Source: Lepidodermella squamata
Taxonomy: Eukaryota; Animalia; Gastrotricha
Direction: 5' to 3'
DNA length: 64,000 nucleotides
Assembly (NCBI GenBank): GCA_047495785.1
Contig: JBLDXI010000001.1
Location: forward strand, 1,302,001 to 1,366,000
Within the stretch, counting starts at the first letter, position 1; each line of letters starts with the position of its first letter. The position numbers and the translations under genes are program-made. Of the stretch, positions 12,753 through 26,745 are shown one piece after another. The notes beneath the pieces are model-generated. The model did not search any database, was not told where the DNA came from, and saw only the letters and a list, made by a program, of their open reading frames with translations.

Positions 12753-13204
12753 ACGCACAAACTTTGATCCACCTTATATCAATTTGATTGAATAAAAATA
12801 CCTAAGTTTAATGTATATTTTTTCGCAATTTTTGTAAATATTTTCCGGTGATATATAACTGCAATCCAGCGTAATCTAATCAACCGGATATCATTATTAT
12901 TGAAGCTATACACACATATATCCCCGCAATTTTAACCGAGATAAAAATGGCAAATACTGTATAATAGAAGAAACAGGTTTTTTCAGCGTGAGTAATGTGC
13001 CTGATTTGTTTATTTGGCGCCAAGTCTCAAATTCCGCGCCATATATCACAGCAGCGGCCACCTTTTATCAGTGTGTGTGCGTGTGTGTAAGGAGAAACAC
13101 AAGTAATAAAAGCCAGAATTTTTCCTCACATAAAAACGCCTGCACCTGCTAAAAAATCAAAATCATCAGTGTGTGTAATATTTTTTTTCCACCTTAAAAA
13201 AATC

Positions 13205-14097
13205 ATGGCTTCACGCGGCTTTGTCCGTATACTCACGGCGATTTTCAACATACTGTTCCTACTACTGTCGCTTGCCCTATTGGCAGTTGGCATATGGATC
13301 TTAGCCGATTCGTCCTCCTTAATCAAACTACTGTCACCCGACCAAGCTGTGGATCCGGCTAATGCGAAGCTAATTGAATATGCCGGTATTATTGCGACGG
13401 TAATTGGAGGTATCGCAGCGATAACCAGCGCTCTTGGCTGCATTGGAGCTTGGAAAGACCTAAGATGCCCCCTCATCATCGTAAGAATATTCCCTAAATT
13501 CAATTTCTAAAAAAATTCGTTCATTTCGTATCAGTTTTCCATTATCCTGATCATAGTATGGTGTGTAGTTATTGCCATTGCGGTTGTTTGCCTCGTTCAG
13601 CAAAATTTGGTAAAATAATCGAAAACAAATTTGACTTTCCTAACTTGTTTCGATCAGGTTCGAGACCTTGTAAGAAAGACTCTGTATTACAACAACAAAA
13701 ATCACGTTGATGGCCAGCAATCCTTACTGTCCTATGCTACGGACAAAGTAAGGCCAATATTTTTGAAAAAAAACAATCAAATAAACTTCGATTTCAGTGG
13801 GACTGCTGTGGGGTTGAAAGTGTGGAAAGATGTCCGGAACATTTCATTGGAAATCAGTGTGATTTGGACTCTACGAAATGCTCCTACGGCTGTTTGGACG
13901 CAGTCTGGAACAACATGATAAGCCCTTCGTTGAATGCCATCGTCGCTATTCTCTTCCTGCTGGCTTTTGTTATCGTAAGATGATATTATTGTTTCATTGA
14001 TTTCACCAACAAATTAAAATATAATTTATTACAGCTTGGCGGAATTTTCTTCTCCATGTGCTTGGTTTGTACTCGGCCGGAACGTAGCGAGGAATAA
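13205..14097 (+). CDS. Tetraspanin 3
   Basis: FNILF, LGCIGAWKD, WDCCG, GCLDAVWNNM. Confidence 0.9.
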
Positions 14098-14790
14098 TTC
14101 GGAAAAATAGTCCTAAATTCTGCTCTTATATATTGCCATAAACATTTTCCTTCGACAATAATTTTTTTCAAATAAAAATTGTGTAATTTGATGAGATTCG
14201 TGATGAAAAAAGGTGAGGCAAAAATAGGTAAATTAGGAAAGCTGGGTGAAGGAAAATAGATAAAGCAACAAAATCACGCGCATGCACCAAACGAATTTTT
14301 CAGGTTTTTTTTTATATCATACGTCGATCGGAGGTCGGCGGCGATTTTTCCTCGGATCGCCGGGCGTCGCTAATAACGGATCTGTTATATACATCGGCAA
14401 AAATTGCAATTTTTATTAAGATTTATTTTAAACAAAAATGTTTGTTCATTTTTCAAAAAAAAATCGAACTACACTTAATGCACTACATTATACCTAAATT
14501 ATATAACAGTGACTTCTAGAACTACAACCACAAGTTTTTGACATTTTTATCGCTTCGAGCGCGGATGCACGCTGGTATATTGACATTACGTGAGCAGAAG
14601 ATTAAAGATTCGACTGACCTTTTCCTAAATATCGCCCTGAAATCATAGAAATTAAAATTTTAATAACAGCGTACATCCCAGCGAGCGATGCGATAATAAT
14701 TATACTAAAACACAGGGTATATTCATTGTTTAGGGGCTACTGTGAGAACTATTTAAAAAATCACTGGGGTCTAAACACGGGTTGGATATA

Positions 14791-15744
14791 TTATGCATCT
14801 TTCAAATTGGGCGAGTCGATGAATTTGATTTGCCCGTTAGAGGAACGCCTAGAGTCGGATTCCGAAGTCGGCTCTACAACCACTAAGTTGCTGACGTTCA
14901 ACACCTGAGGGCTGCCCCCGTTCGGCGTGTTATTCCCGCCCGGCCTTTTACGGTACGGCACTGTGTAGACACCCGTGCCGCCTTTCGAATTGTCTATCTG
15001 GCTGTTAATACGCGTTGATACGTTAGTATAACCAGCGTTACCGTTTTGAGTCGAAATTCGAGTCCGCCCACTGCCGTAAGCCGCCCCGCCATCTGGCGGC
15101 CCGCCCTGCCCGCCGTGGTGAATCTCATTCCGCCGGTCGAACAGCGTATACTTCAAATACATCCCACCAAGCCATAGAACTACAGCGACAATGCCGACCC
15201 CGGTCGAAAACAAGCTCCATAGCAAGATATCCGGCAGTTCATTCTCGTCGATAATCGCCAAGTAGTTGATATATCTAACGGCATTAGGCGGTTGAGGCGA
15301 TGTAACTTCATTCGAGCACGTGCAATTGACGAACTCCAACAGCCGTTGAATCGTGTGATTATTCGTTTTAAACGTGGAATTTTCCGCTATCGATAATTGC
15401 GTGTCATTGTACATTAATTCCGGTAGGCGAACTCGCTGCTCCATTAATATTGTTTTGAGGTATTCAATACTGGAGTTGGAGCAGAGGCAAACTTTGTTCA
15501 CGCTTGGGCGTGAATCGCGGAAGTTGAACATGCTATTTTCCATGCTTGTATCACGATTTGTTGTGTTTCGCCTGCTCTTTTTCGGGGTGTCACTGTCATT
15601 GTCGTAGTTTTTCGAATTGTGGTTTGTTATAATCGCCGGCGCCGATAAACAGGCTTCGATCGGCTCAAAAAACGGGTTTGCGGCGAATGACAGCGCGACG
15701 ACGATAGTTGTGGAAGAAAAAATTCTGGTGAACATCATCTGCAT
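14791..15744 (-). CDS. Uncharacterised single-pass type I membrane protein
   Basis: Single long ORF: hydrophobic N-terminus, Asn/Cys-containing ectodomain with N-glycosylation sequons, one TM (LLWSLFSTGVGIVAVVLWLGGMYL), Gly/Ser/Tyr-containing tail. Confidence 0.7.
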   Translation of the reverse strand: MQMMFTRIFSSTTIVVALSFAANPFFEPIEACLSAPAIITNHNSKNYDNDSDTPKKSRRNTTNRDTSMENSMFNFRDSRPSVNKVCLCSNSSIEYLKTILMEQRVRLPELMYNDTQLSIAENSTFKTNNHTIQRLLEFVNCTCSNEVTSPQPPNAVRYINYLAIIDENELPDILLWSLFSTGVGIVAVVLWLGGMYLKYTLFDRRNEIHHGGQGGPPDGGAAYGSGRTRISTQNGNAGYTNVSTRINSQIDNSKGGTGVYTVPYRKRPGGNNTPNGGSPQVLNVSNLVVVEPTSESDSRRSSNGQIKFIDSPNLKDA

Positions 15745-15792
15745 ATTCGAGTGCAACCTATCAAGTCGAACAAATTTCTAAGCCGATTTTAC

Positions 15793-16292
15793 ATATGGCC
15801 GTTCAAAAGTGAAAAGTGGGGTTTGGTGAAAATGTTGACATCGTGAGATTTTGAGGCCGCTTTCAAGATCAATTAAAGAGAAGTCGAGATTTATCAGGGT
15901 TGTTGAGAAATTGGGCTTCAAAGTTTACCAGTGAAAAGTGTTAATTTAAAAAAAAATGCGCCTTAATAATTATAGTTTTTATTACATTAATTAATAATCA
16001 CCCACGCAATAAATTCTCATGATATTTTCTTATGCGTTGTCCCCATTTAGGGTCATTTGAAGTTAGGAATCTCGCCAGATAAACAAAAAGTTTGGTGTCG
16101 CATCAACCTGAAATCGATAACACTTTTCACGAACACTTTGGGGTTCCCGCCTTTTAGGGCCTCTTGGAAATCTGAAACTTGGAAAATTTGGAATCCAAGA
16201 ATTGACCTTCATCAAGTCAACACGCCTTTTTAATTAGCTAGAAAATACAGAAAATTGCCCAAACCCAAATTTTCACCTTTTAACGGTCATAT
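15793..16292. mobile_element. About 500-bp MITE / non-autonomous DNA transposon
   Basis: Imperfect 34-nt TIRs atatggccgttcaaaagtgaaaagtggggtttgg / ccaaacccaaattttcaccttttaacggtcatat. Confidence 0.65.
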
Positions 16293-17414
16293 TTAGTGTA
16301 AGGGAGAAGCCAAATTTGAGAAGTCTTTAAGCTTTAGGAATTGGCTGTAGATGAGGTAAATTTTCTAGGATATTCTAAATTCGTAAAAAAAATCAAAATA
16401 GTGTAAAATCGAGGATGAATATTTTGTGAAGATCCACCTCATTGAGATTTTCCTATAAACGTCCTCGTAAGAGGCAGGCTTTTATTATAATTATATAAGA
16501 AGGTGAGAAAAATAGCGGATGTATATAATTTAACGGAGTTATTTTGCCTCGATCGATTTTAATTTCGAAATTTATCATATAAGAATTTACTCTCGAAACG
16601 CTGTGAGGTCAGGGTGATGCGCAATCAGAATTGTGAATCTAAGAGATGCGCGACGTAATAAAAAAAGTGTTTCACCTATATTACTTGTGAGGTAATACTA
16701 CGCTAACGAAAGAGCAGGGGCGACGTGAAGGAAGTGCCTCTGATCGATCACCCTGATTTTTGCGCTTCTTCTGTACGTGCGCCTAACGTCATATAGCTGT
16801 CAAATTAAGAAAATTATCGCGCGATGAACGTGTCTTTTAGCTGGAAAGCGATGTTTTTCATTGATCGTCTTGAAGGGTATATCCGCTCAAAGTCAGGGGA
16901 GTAGCATGGCATGTTGAACATTTGTCTTATTCAAGAGTTGAATGTCGCGATGATCCGGAATTTTTCAGACCTGTTGGCAATGAGTACAAATCAGAGGTAA
17001 TACGTATATATTATCATGCTTCATTTTTCACGACGTATAAGGCTTTACCAGCCTGTCAGTTATACTCGCGCTAATTTATGGCAAGGGTCGGCGGCACCTG
17101 TTTCGGCTCGATATGAGACAAAATCGGTATTAATGCAAATTGGCTCCAATAAATCGATTTTTCTTCATTTTTTTACTCAGTCGGTATATCTCTTTCACCA
17201 ATAATATCTGCAGTAGCCAAGATTGATTGGAAAATAAAATGTATGACTATAATAAATAATTGTTATCGCCTGTTATCGGAACGCGCAGTATCGGACATTG
17301 ATATCAGGCTGTACAGCGAAATCGACGCCACGCCGATGACAGATGTTCAATTCGGGAGCAGAAGGAACAGAATTAATATTAAAAATATGAATTATTTTCT
17401 TTCACCTGGTTAAA

Positions 17415-18385
17415 ATGTGTAGCGCTAAATATTGTCTGGTATTTTTCAATACCATTTTTCTGGTAATTTTTTTCAAAGCAATCATTCGAATTGGGTCCTT
17501 AAATGTGTCTTACAGTTATTTGGGCTGGCTTTGATTGGCGGAGGCATTTATGCAATAATTGAATACAGCCCACAATTTTGGGCGTCCATCGTTATCATTG
17601 CTGCTGGTGCTGTTACAACCATAACAAGTTGTTTCGGATGTTTCGGCGCTTACACTCAAAATCGATGGCTATTAGGAACGGTATGAGTAGTTACCCAATA
17701 CTTTAAAAAAAATGGTCAAAATGGTTATTTACAACCTAGTTCTGCGGGATTATGGTCGGCATTTTTGCAGGTGTAATCGCACTTGGGGTCATAATTCTTG
17801 AACCAACAATTTCTAAAGATTTGGTGAGTCTAAGATGGCCTTGTCAGCTCTATTTTGTTCCAACTCTGCAGTAGATTTTCGGCGCAATGAAGACAGCTAT
17901 GGAGTCGGACAAAAGTTTGCTGTTAAAATTCGCCGAAAGCGAGGTAAATACATCGATTCCTTAGCTATATTTCTATTCATTTTATTCATTTCCAATAGTA
18001 CGACTGTTGTGGAGTAACCGTTGACGGAGGAAACATGAGTGATACCAGCAAATACTGTGTCCAGAGACCAAGCAACACAACTCAGTGTTCCGATTCGCAA
18101 CAGTTCTTCCTGCCATGGTGCGGGAGTCCTTTAAACACGACTCGGGTATATGCGATTTTAAACAAAAAATTCGAGAATTATTCTGCCGATTATTTTCAAG
18201 GGCTGTCTCGATTTCGTTTGGGAGGATATAGAGAAAGATTCCGTGTGGATCGCCGTTATTCTTTTTGTTACAAGTGGCTTGATAGTAAGCTTCCGAATAC
18301 ATCTTAAAAGCTTGAATTCAATGTTATTTTCTAGGTTATCGGCATATTCTTATCGTTAGGAGTCTGCATTCGCTCCAAAAATTGA
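17415..18385 (+). CDS. Tetraspanin 4
   Basis: KYCLVFFNTIFL, CFGCFGAY, YDCCG, GCLDFVW. Confidence 0.9.
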
Positions 18386-18517
18386 ATTTTCAAGCAAATT
18401 TACGTACAATTTTACTATCAAAAAAGCTTGCATGTGAACAAAAACTGCTAAAATCCAACATGTTGTGTGCTAGTATAATGAAATAAATTGTAGTATCGCG
18501 CCTTTCGAATTTCAATT

Positions 18518-19421
18518 TCAAGTGTAGTCAATGTCATGCTGGGTATCAAAACATAATGTGATGTAAAGCGCTACTCCAATCGTAGGAATCTAGCCAAGGG
18601 AGAGAAATTTAAAAAATTATAAATTCATGAAACCTTTCCTCACCATCAAAATGATGCCAACAACGCTCGAAGCGATCATTCCGCCTTTCGTTTTAACGAG
18701 CAGTTCGAGAAGCGTTGTACGGCAATTCTATTTCGAGGCGGGACATATGCTGATTCATCGTCATTTTATGAGCTGCCTTACCTCTTCACACATGTGTATC
18801 CACCCAACTTCATGCTTCGAAGTCTCGTTGATTGTATCATTCCAGGTGCAGCATTTTCCGAAAGTCTAAAAACTTCCACCTTAAATTAAAAAAATTAAAA
18901 AATTCAATAAAATTTACGTAGTCATGTAAAATTGCTGTTAAAGCTCCGTATCGGCTCTCGTGGTATGACTTGTGATTAGCGCAATCGAACTGAGCCCTGA
19001 AATTGTTGATATTCTGATCGAGAACGGCGTAACGAAAGCTGAAGAGATAGAAAATGACAACGCCAGTCAGTAAAATTTGAGCGATGAGTTGATTTGCCGA
19101 AACACCTAACAACAGCATTCTCGTGTTGAACATGATGCCGCCTAAAGCGATCATAGCTAACAGGATGACAAAAGCGCCAATGCCGAGAATCGCACTGCTG
19201 ATGTACGACAAAGCATGGACGCTGATGTTGCTGACGAAAAACGCTCGGTTGTTAGTTTCGCCAAGGGTTGTTAGGCCGTGGGAAAGGGCGGCTAATAGGC
19301 GTCCGTTTTCCAGAACGGCCCATAGCCCAATGCCGCCGATGACAACGCCGCAGATTAACTGAATCAACGAGGTGAAAACGGCTGTTAGTCGGAAGAAAGC
19401 TTTAACAGAAGTCGGTGGCAT
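18518..19421 (-). CDS. Divergent tetraspanin-like protein 5 (CCT in place of CCG)
   Basis: Four TM segments; spliced large loop contains FGKCCTW and later Cys residues; tail ends HDIDYT. Confidence 0.7.
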
Positions 19422-19717
19422 TTTTTGTTGATTTTTTTCTGGAAAAGCTAAACGATTCGTGAAGTGAATCAATTATTGGCGTAATTTGCAAGGTGTCGGG
19501 ATTAATGGCTGATGGTAATTATAATCCCACGTGAAATAGCTCAGTCCCAGCCGGCAAGCTGTTGCAAAATTATTCTCATTTTCAAGCAAGTTGTGTCAGA
19601 AATTATTGCAAATGTTTATTTTATAGCTTCCATTTAAAAAATTAATGCGAAAGGTGAATTTATCGCCCAAATAAGCTCGAAACCAAAAATTATTGACGAA
19701 TAGCCCCGGATTCTTGT

Positions 19718-20726
19718 TCAGTGATCTTTGAATTCCAACCCACTATCTGCCATTTTCTCTCGAACAAAATCGTCGACTCGCTTTTCCAAGTCTTGCGTGA
19801 AGTAGTTTTTCCATCCTCCGACAACTCCTTAATTGGTGGGATTAATTGAAGCATTAATTGGTGGGATTCATCTCACCTTTTCTAATGAAAGACTCCGACG
19901 AGTGCCAAACGTGATTGTCCGCGTTGAAAATTCCATTGTAATTTTTCTTCATAGCCTCAAAACTCGTGGCTTCGTAAATTTTCGCAAAAGTCTCGTCCGG
20001 TAAGTCATCTTTTCCGATGAATCTCGCAATTTTCCGTATCGCAGCCATTCGATCGTGTTTCATCTCCTCGTAAGAAATCAGCAATAGATTGTTCTCGTCA
20101 GATATTTTAGCTTGGGCGAAGCTTAGCAGGTTCTTTTCCCACGGTCCCCATTGAAACTTGCCTTGAAGGAACATGTCGACAAACTGCTCGAATGTCCCTT
20201 TATAACCTTGAACGATCATGGCTCGGGCATGATGGAAGTTCGAAACAATCACATCTTTGACATTTCGATACACGTGGATCACTTTCCCGGTCAATATATT
20301 TTCTGGCAGTAAACCAAGCGGCATGTGTGTCTTGAAGATCCGAGGCGATTCCATAGCCGACAGGCTCTCTAATTTTTCCGGTTTTTCATGCCGCGGCCGA
20401 GGAATCTCGAACCACTCGAAGTGCGGGATACGATCGTCAAGGTAAACTGAAGTATCAAAATTCTGCGTTAATAGGTACCAAACGATATATTCTGCCCACG
20501 TTGTGCCTGATTTCGGGAAGCTCGAGATCCAAACGTCGCTCGGCCTGCACTCGAAAGACCGCATGCGATCGATTGATGCAGCCATTGAGGGTAGCAAGGT
20601 GTAGCCGTCGACTTGAGTGATGGGTAGTCCGAGTTCTTTGTCGACTTTATCCCATTGTTCGCCAAATGCTAGCTTGCGAGCTTGCATGATTTGCTCATCT
20701 GTCCAAAGTGGTTCTAAATTGGTCAT
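19718..20726 (-). CDS. Cytosolic sulfotransferase A
   Basis: FPKSGTTW PSB loop, FKTH, YRNVKDVIVS, RKG/GVVGGWK split by one short intron. Confidence 0.92.
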
Positions 20727-21457
20727 TTTTCGAAGAATATATCTAAGTGGCAAAAATAAATCGAGATGGTCTCGTATAATAAAGAGATCCTATTTTGAAT
20801 AAAATTCGGAAATTCTGCACCGCGGAACCCGAATGATTCTACGCAGACTGATTTTATGTTCCCTAAATTCGAATGAATTTCTTTTGAATTTTTGAAATCA
20901 CGCTAATATATCATATAGGATTTGTGAGAAAGTTCAAGTTTAAAGCAAATATGTTCAAAAATTAGTCCGTAAAAAAGAGGTCAAAGTACAGAAGCGTGAA
21001 AAACCTAAATCTGTTACGTTCTAATGAGCATCCAAAAATTGAATACGTGCTCCAAGAGACAAGCAAGAGAGCGATGAACTTCGTTCGAGCTCACCTTATG
21101 GTTTTTTTGTGTTATACTTTTCCACAGACACAATTTGTTAATTGCCGAGACAATGTTATTCACACAGGTGAAAAAGCCGAGGCGTGGTTAATCGAAATTG
21201 CTGAGCAATTCAATTTCGAGGTTTCAATTCGACTTGAAATTTGAGCCTTTTTATTTTTTATTTTAGTGTTCAATCTTTCATACATATAACCTTTAGAGCT
21301 GTCACACATAAAATATACTTATGTGTGACAAAATTTTATAGGTTATTTTGTCATAAATAAATATGAATGAGGAACACCTCGTTATCGCCAGAATCTATCT
21401 ATTAGTGACTTGACAAGGTAGATTTTGAAGTATTGAGATAAAAACAATTGGCTTCAA

Positions 21458-21529
21458 AGGCCCAGGCGGGAATTGAACCCGCGATCTTCTGTTTACGAGA
21501 CAGACGCTCTACCACTAAGCTACTGAGCC
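21458..21529 (-). tRNA. trnT: tRNA-Thr(CGT)
   Basis: Cloverleaf GGCTCAG...CTGGGCCT, anticodon arm TCTGT-CTCGTAA-ACAGA, GGTTCAATTC B-box, downstream T-run. Confidence 0.93.
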
Positions 21530-21927
21530 AAGACGTCGAAAATCGCGGCCGTTTCACCAACATGGATACTTCATATCATGGAAACAAAAGAAAACGGCAG
21601 CGTGTCCCACACAAATACATACCGCTTTTGCTTATCCGCGCAATCAGAGTCAGTAATTGTAGTTATCTTCCTTTGTTCTCTGAATTTATTTTCGTGGAGA
21701 GTGAAAATAATCCAATTAACTAGAATTAACCCCAAACACGATAAAGATCAGGCCCGCAAATTATAATCAGTTAAAATCGGAAGATGCTGTACTTTGCTCT
21801 CGGAAATTATAATGAAAATGTCCATATTCAGCCAAGTCAAGAAAAAATCGTCGAAAATCGTCAAGTCAAAAATATAGTCGTCATAGTAAACATTTTTTCG
21901 CATTAAATCACCTCGAATCAAAGGGGC

Positions 21928-22939
21928 TCAGTGATCGTTAAATTCCAGCCCGCTATCAGCCATTTTTTCCAGAACAAAATCGTCAACACGCTTTTCCAGG
22001 TCTGGCGAGAAGTAGTTTTTCCAGCCACCAACAACTCCTAATAAAATTACCCAGCATAATTGAGCATTTATTGGTGGAATTCATCTCACCTTTTCTAATG
22101 AAAGACTCCGATGGGTGCCATACGTGATTTTCCGGGTTGAAAAGTCCATTGTAATTTTTTTTCATAGCTTCAAAGCTGGTGGCTTCAAAAATTTTCGCGA
22201 AAATCTCTTCCGGTAAGTCATCCTTTCCGATGAATTTCGCAATTTTACGTATCGCAGCCATTCGATCCTTTTTCATCTCCTCGTAAGAAATTAGCAATAG
22301 ATTGTTCTCGCCAGATTGTTTAGCCTGTGCAAAGCTTAGCAGGTTCTTTTCCCACGGTCCCCATTGAAACTTGCCTCGAATGAACATGTCGACAAACTGC
22401 TCGAATGTCCCCTGATAGCCCTGAACAATCATCGCCCTAGCATGGTGAAAATTCGATACAATCAAGTCTTTCAAATTGCGATAAACGTGTATGACTTTGC
22501 CGGTGAAAACATCCGCCGGAAGCAAATTAACTGGCATGTGCGTTTTAAACATTCTGGGCGGCTCATTAGCTGCCAGACTCGCCAACTCCCTCCGAGGGCC
22601 GAAATCAGGCCTGGGAAACTCATAACACTCGAAATGTGGAATGCGATCATCAATCGACGCTGTTGTTTCGAAATCCTGCGTTAGCAGATACCAAACGATA
22701 TATTCCGTCCAAGTTGTGCCCGATTTAGGGAAGCTGGATATCCACACATCGCTCGATCTGCATTCGAATGGCCTTATTCGATCTAATACTGCGTCTATTG
22801 GTCGCATGAGGGTGAAGCCTTCGGCCTCAAATATCGGTAGTCCTAGCTCTGGGTCGATTTTATCCAATAGGTCGCCCATGGCCATATTTCGAAATCCCGT
22901 TACTTGCTCTTGTGTCCAAAGTTGTTTTAAATCGCTCAT
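21928..22939 (-). CDS. Cytosolic sulfotransferase B
   Basis: Same motifs and intron position as sulfotransferase A. Confidence 0.92.
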
Positions 22940-24456
22940 TTTCGATCAATGGATGCACCAGTAAATGAAGTAAGTAGGTACGGTCAAGTTAAAAAATTGA
23001 AATGAGGTGTGGAAAGAAATGCTGAATGCTGACAATCTTTAAAGCTGCTTAATTATAAAGCTTTCAGAAAATTACGACTAGCCTGTATGTATATTTCACG
23101 GTGAAACGCTGTCAGGCTCATATGTTTCTATCGGCAATATTGAAAAAGTGTGTTTTTTACAGCAAGCAAACAAACTATGGAGGAATCGTCTATTCCTAAA
23201 CACTAAGAAGTATTCCTCATATCCATGAAAAAACGCAATAACCACCTCAGGCTTTCTAATATTATTAACGTTACTTGGTTAAGCGCAAGACACGTGATAA
23301 TTTGAAACCCCAGGTCACGGTTTTGGCGACAACAATAGATAGGGCTTGATCATGTGAATATTCAAGGGAAGGTAGAGAAGCTCAATCAAAGAAAAATGGC
23401 CGTTAATTACACTCCTAGTTTCGGACATTTTTCAAAAACTGTCTGCTCGCGCTTTTGGGGAAACCGCAATTTGAACAACATACATGCATACCTACATACC
23501 GACAAATTTTAATTTCGGGTAAACTTTCGATTTTCTAAATGCATTGCATTGGAAACTTTGCTGCTAAAAAAACACCATTAACGCGCCGGAACCATCGTAT
23601 AATTTTCGTATTTTCAACAAAAACATCGGAAAATTCAACGTTTTACTTCATCTCAGTTTCCGATGGGTTAAGATATTATTTCAAATTTTCACAAATTCAC
23701 TTTATATTATTTCAGATGTTCGATGAAATGAGACACACGTTATATTGCACTTATTCATAAATTATCGGCCGAGCCCTGGAAGATGACCCGCGCCACGGCC
23801 GCGAGTAACCACGGTTCTTCACAAAGCCTAAGCTCCCGACCTCGACCGTCACCTTGGCCTCGTTTCATATCAAGCCGGGCGCAGTGGTGCATCTTCAACA
23901 TTTTTACATCGTAATTGTGTATCTAATTTTTCCCGAGATGGAGAAGCTTCTTTATTTGTTTTGCTTCTTGTATCTTTTGCACCGTGCTCACGGCTCACGG
24001 CTCACGGCACCATACTCCGTCCGCTTTCTGCGTGAAGAATTGAAGCTGAAAGTTTTTAAGAGCATTCAAATTTCTAAGCGATCGCTTTAATTTCACGCGG
24101 GAACCCTATATACAGGGTGGCCAAAAATCCGCAATGTTCGGTTTTTCAACATATTTCCTCCTCCATGTCCAATACACATACCTACACCACGTTTGCATAA
24201 TATCCGCGCGATCAGTCAGTAATTAAGCTATTTTCCTTTTTTCTCGGAATGTATTGCCGTGGAAAGTAAAAATAGTCCAAATAAAAACAAAACATGGAAA
24301 ATATCAGGCTCGCAAATTAGAATAAGATGCTGTACTTAGCTCTCAGAAATTGTAATGGAAATTTCCATTTTCAGCCAAGTCAAGAAAAAATAGTAAAAAA
24401 ATGTCGTGGTCACAGTTAACATTTTTTCGCATTAAATCACCTCGAATCAAAAGGGT

Positions 24457-25482
24457 TCAACAGTCGTTGAATTCCAGCCCGCTATCTGCCATTTTCTCTC
24501 CAGCAAATTCGTCGACCCGCTTTTCCAAGTCTGGTGAGAAGTAGTTTTTCCAGTCTCCGACAACTCCTAATGAAATTTGCATAACATATTGCTTAATGAA
24601 TTAAAAATTGTAAACTCAAGCGATAATCCGACCTTTTCTTAAGAATGACTCCGATGGATGCCAAACAACGCCTTTCGAGCTGAATGTTCCATTGTAGTCT
24701 TTCTTCAAAGCCTCAAAACTCGTGGCTTCGTAAATTTTAGCAAAAATCTCGTCCGATAAGTCATCCTTTCCGATGAATTTTGCAATTTTACGAATCGCAG
24801 CCATTCGATCTTGCTTCATCTCCTCGTAACAAATCAGCAATAGATTGTTCTCGCCAGATTGTTTAGCCCGAACAAAGCTTAGCAGGTTTTTATCCCAGGG
24901 TGCCCATTGAAACTTGCCTCGAAGGAACATATCGACAAACTGCTCAAATTTCCCCTGATAGCCCTGCACAATATTCGCCCTGGCGGCATGAAAATTCGAA
25001 ACAATAACGTCTTTCAAATTGCGATACACGTGGATGACTTTGCCGGTGAAAACATCCCTGGGAAGTAAGTTAACTGGCATGTGGGTTTTGAACATTCTAG
25101 GCGGATCTTTTTTAACCAGACTTGCCAAATCCCTCTTCGAGCCGAAATCAGGCCTGGGAAATTCATAGAACTCGAAATGCGGTATGCGATCATCAACCGA
25201 CGTTGCTGCTTCGAAATCCTGGGTTAGCAGATACCAAACGATATATTCCGTCCAAGTTATCCCCGATTTAGGAAAGCCTGATATCCACACATCGCTCGAT
25301 CTGCATTTGAATGACCTTATTCGATCTAACACTGCGTCCATTGGTCGTATGAGGGTGAAGCCTTCGGCCTCGAATATCGGTAGCCCCAGCTCTGGGTCGA
25401 TTTCATCCAATATATCTCCCATGTTCAAATTTCGAAATACAGTTACTTGCTCTTGTGTCCAAAGCTGCTTCAAATCGCTCAT
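24457..25482 (-). CDS. Cytosolic sulfotransferase C
   Basis: Paralog of B; PSB loop variant GFPKSGITW. Confidence 0.9.
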
Positions 25483-26673
25483 TTTTGAATTGATACGCGC
25501 TAAAATAAGTTATGCAGGGTCAAATTATAAAATTAAAATGAGGTATGGAAAAAGATGTTACAGTTGTTTATTTATAAAGCTTAGAGATAAAAGCGGTTAG
25601 CATCAATGTATATTTTACCCTGGCTAACACGGTGAAGCGTTGCCAGGCTCACATCGTTGACTTGGCTATAGGGAAAAATTGGGGTTTTTTTTACAGCAGG
25701 CAATAAACAAACCACGGAGGAATAGGCTATTCCTACTTACATTCCTCCATGAAAAAAAGCGCAATAACCACCCCAGGCTTAAAGTGCGTGGTTAAGCGCA
25801 GGTGATAAATTGAAGCAATTAACATTATGACACGATCAGAGATCGCCCGCTAGCGTGAAAAAGGGTGTACGCCGTGGGCGCCAGATAGTCAGCTGATTCA
25901 TCAGCGGCTTGGAGGCCAAGTACACAAAATAATCGATTCTTTGTTTGAGGGTTCCGAATTCCGAAAAAATTGATGGTTCCAGATAGGTGACATCACATCG
26001 AACACGCTGGTTATTTTACAAAATTTTAGAAGCAATATGAACCACTGAAATTAAAGGAATTGAATTTCGTTGATGCAATAAAAATTCATTTACACCACTT
26101 GTGGAATCGAAATTGAAGCAGTTTTTTAGTGGCCCGCGTACCCCAGACCGAGCTCTACAATTTGATACTTGGAGCGAGCTGGGATGAATTTTTATCGAAT
26201 TTCAGGAAATTTTTGAACATCGAACGTGATTTCATCCATTATAAAAGAATATGAACTTAGTGGATGATTCAATTCAGAACCTTTGTTGACAGCACGTGCG
26301 CGGCATGCACATGTTGTGGTTGGAAACCAAACCCGAATCTCAAGAGAACTGTTGTCTATAGTCTATATGTGTAACAGATAGGACAAAACGGACATAAAAT
26401 TTGAAATCATCTCAAAATTTAAATAATAATCGTAGTAAATCTTAACTGCATGTAGCGTAAAACCGCATAAAATTAAGAGCTGAACAAAAATATGGCCGGA
26501 CCGGCCGAGATGTGGAACCGGAATGTTGAGCGACAGCAATAGGTTGAGCGGCATGAGGCATGAACACATGAAAAGTAATAATGTTGGGCCTTCTGTTCAT
26601 TTTAACACGGATAAAAACCACAAAATGCGAAGGAATAGAAAAATGAGGAAGGAGCAAAAAATCATTCATCGGA

Positions 26674-26745
26674 AGGCCCAGGCGGGAATTGAACCCGCGA
26701 TCTTCTGTTTACGAGACAGACGCTCTACCACTAAGCTACTGAGCC
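26674..26745 (-). tRNA. trnT: tRNA-Thr(CGT)
   Basis: Identical to the copy at 21458-21529. Confidence 0.93.

Noticed and set aside
21448-21723. ORFs containing KAQAGIEPAIFCLRDRRS (also 26523-26963)
   Set aside because: These are antisense translations of the tRNA-Thr genes
23400-24140. Insertion where a tRNA is missing, with a mariner-like tacagggtggccaaaa end
   Set aside because: No matching second TIR or transposase found, so not called as an element
25820-26350. Sequence unique to the SULT-C/tRNA interval, possibly a decayed transposon
   Set aside because: Multiple stops and no recognisable motif
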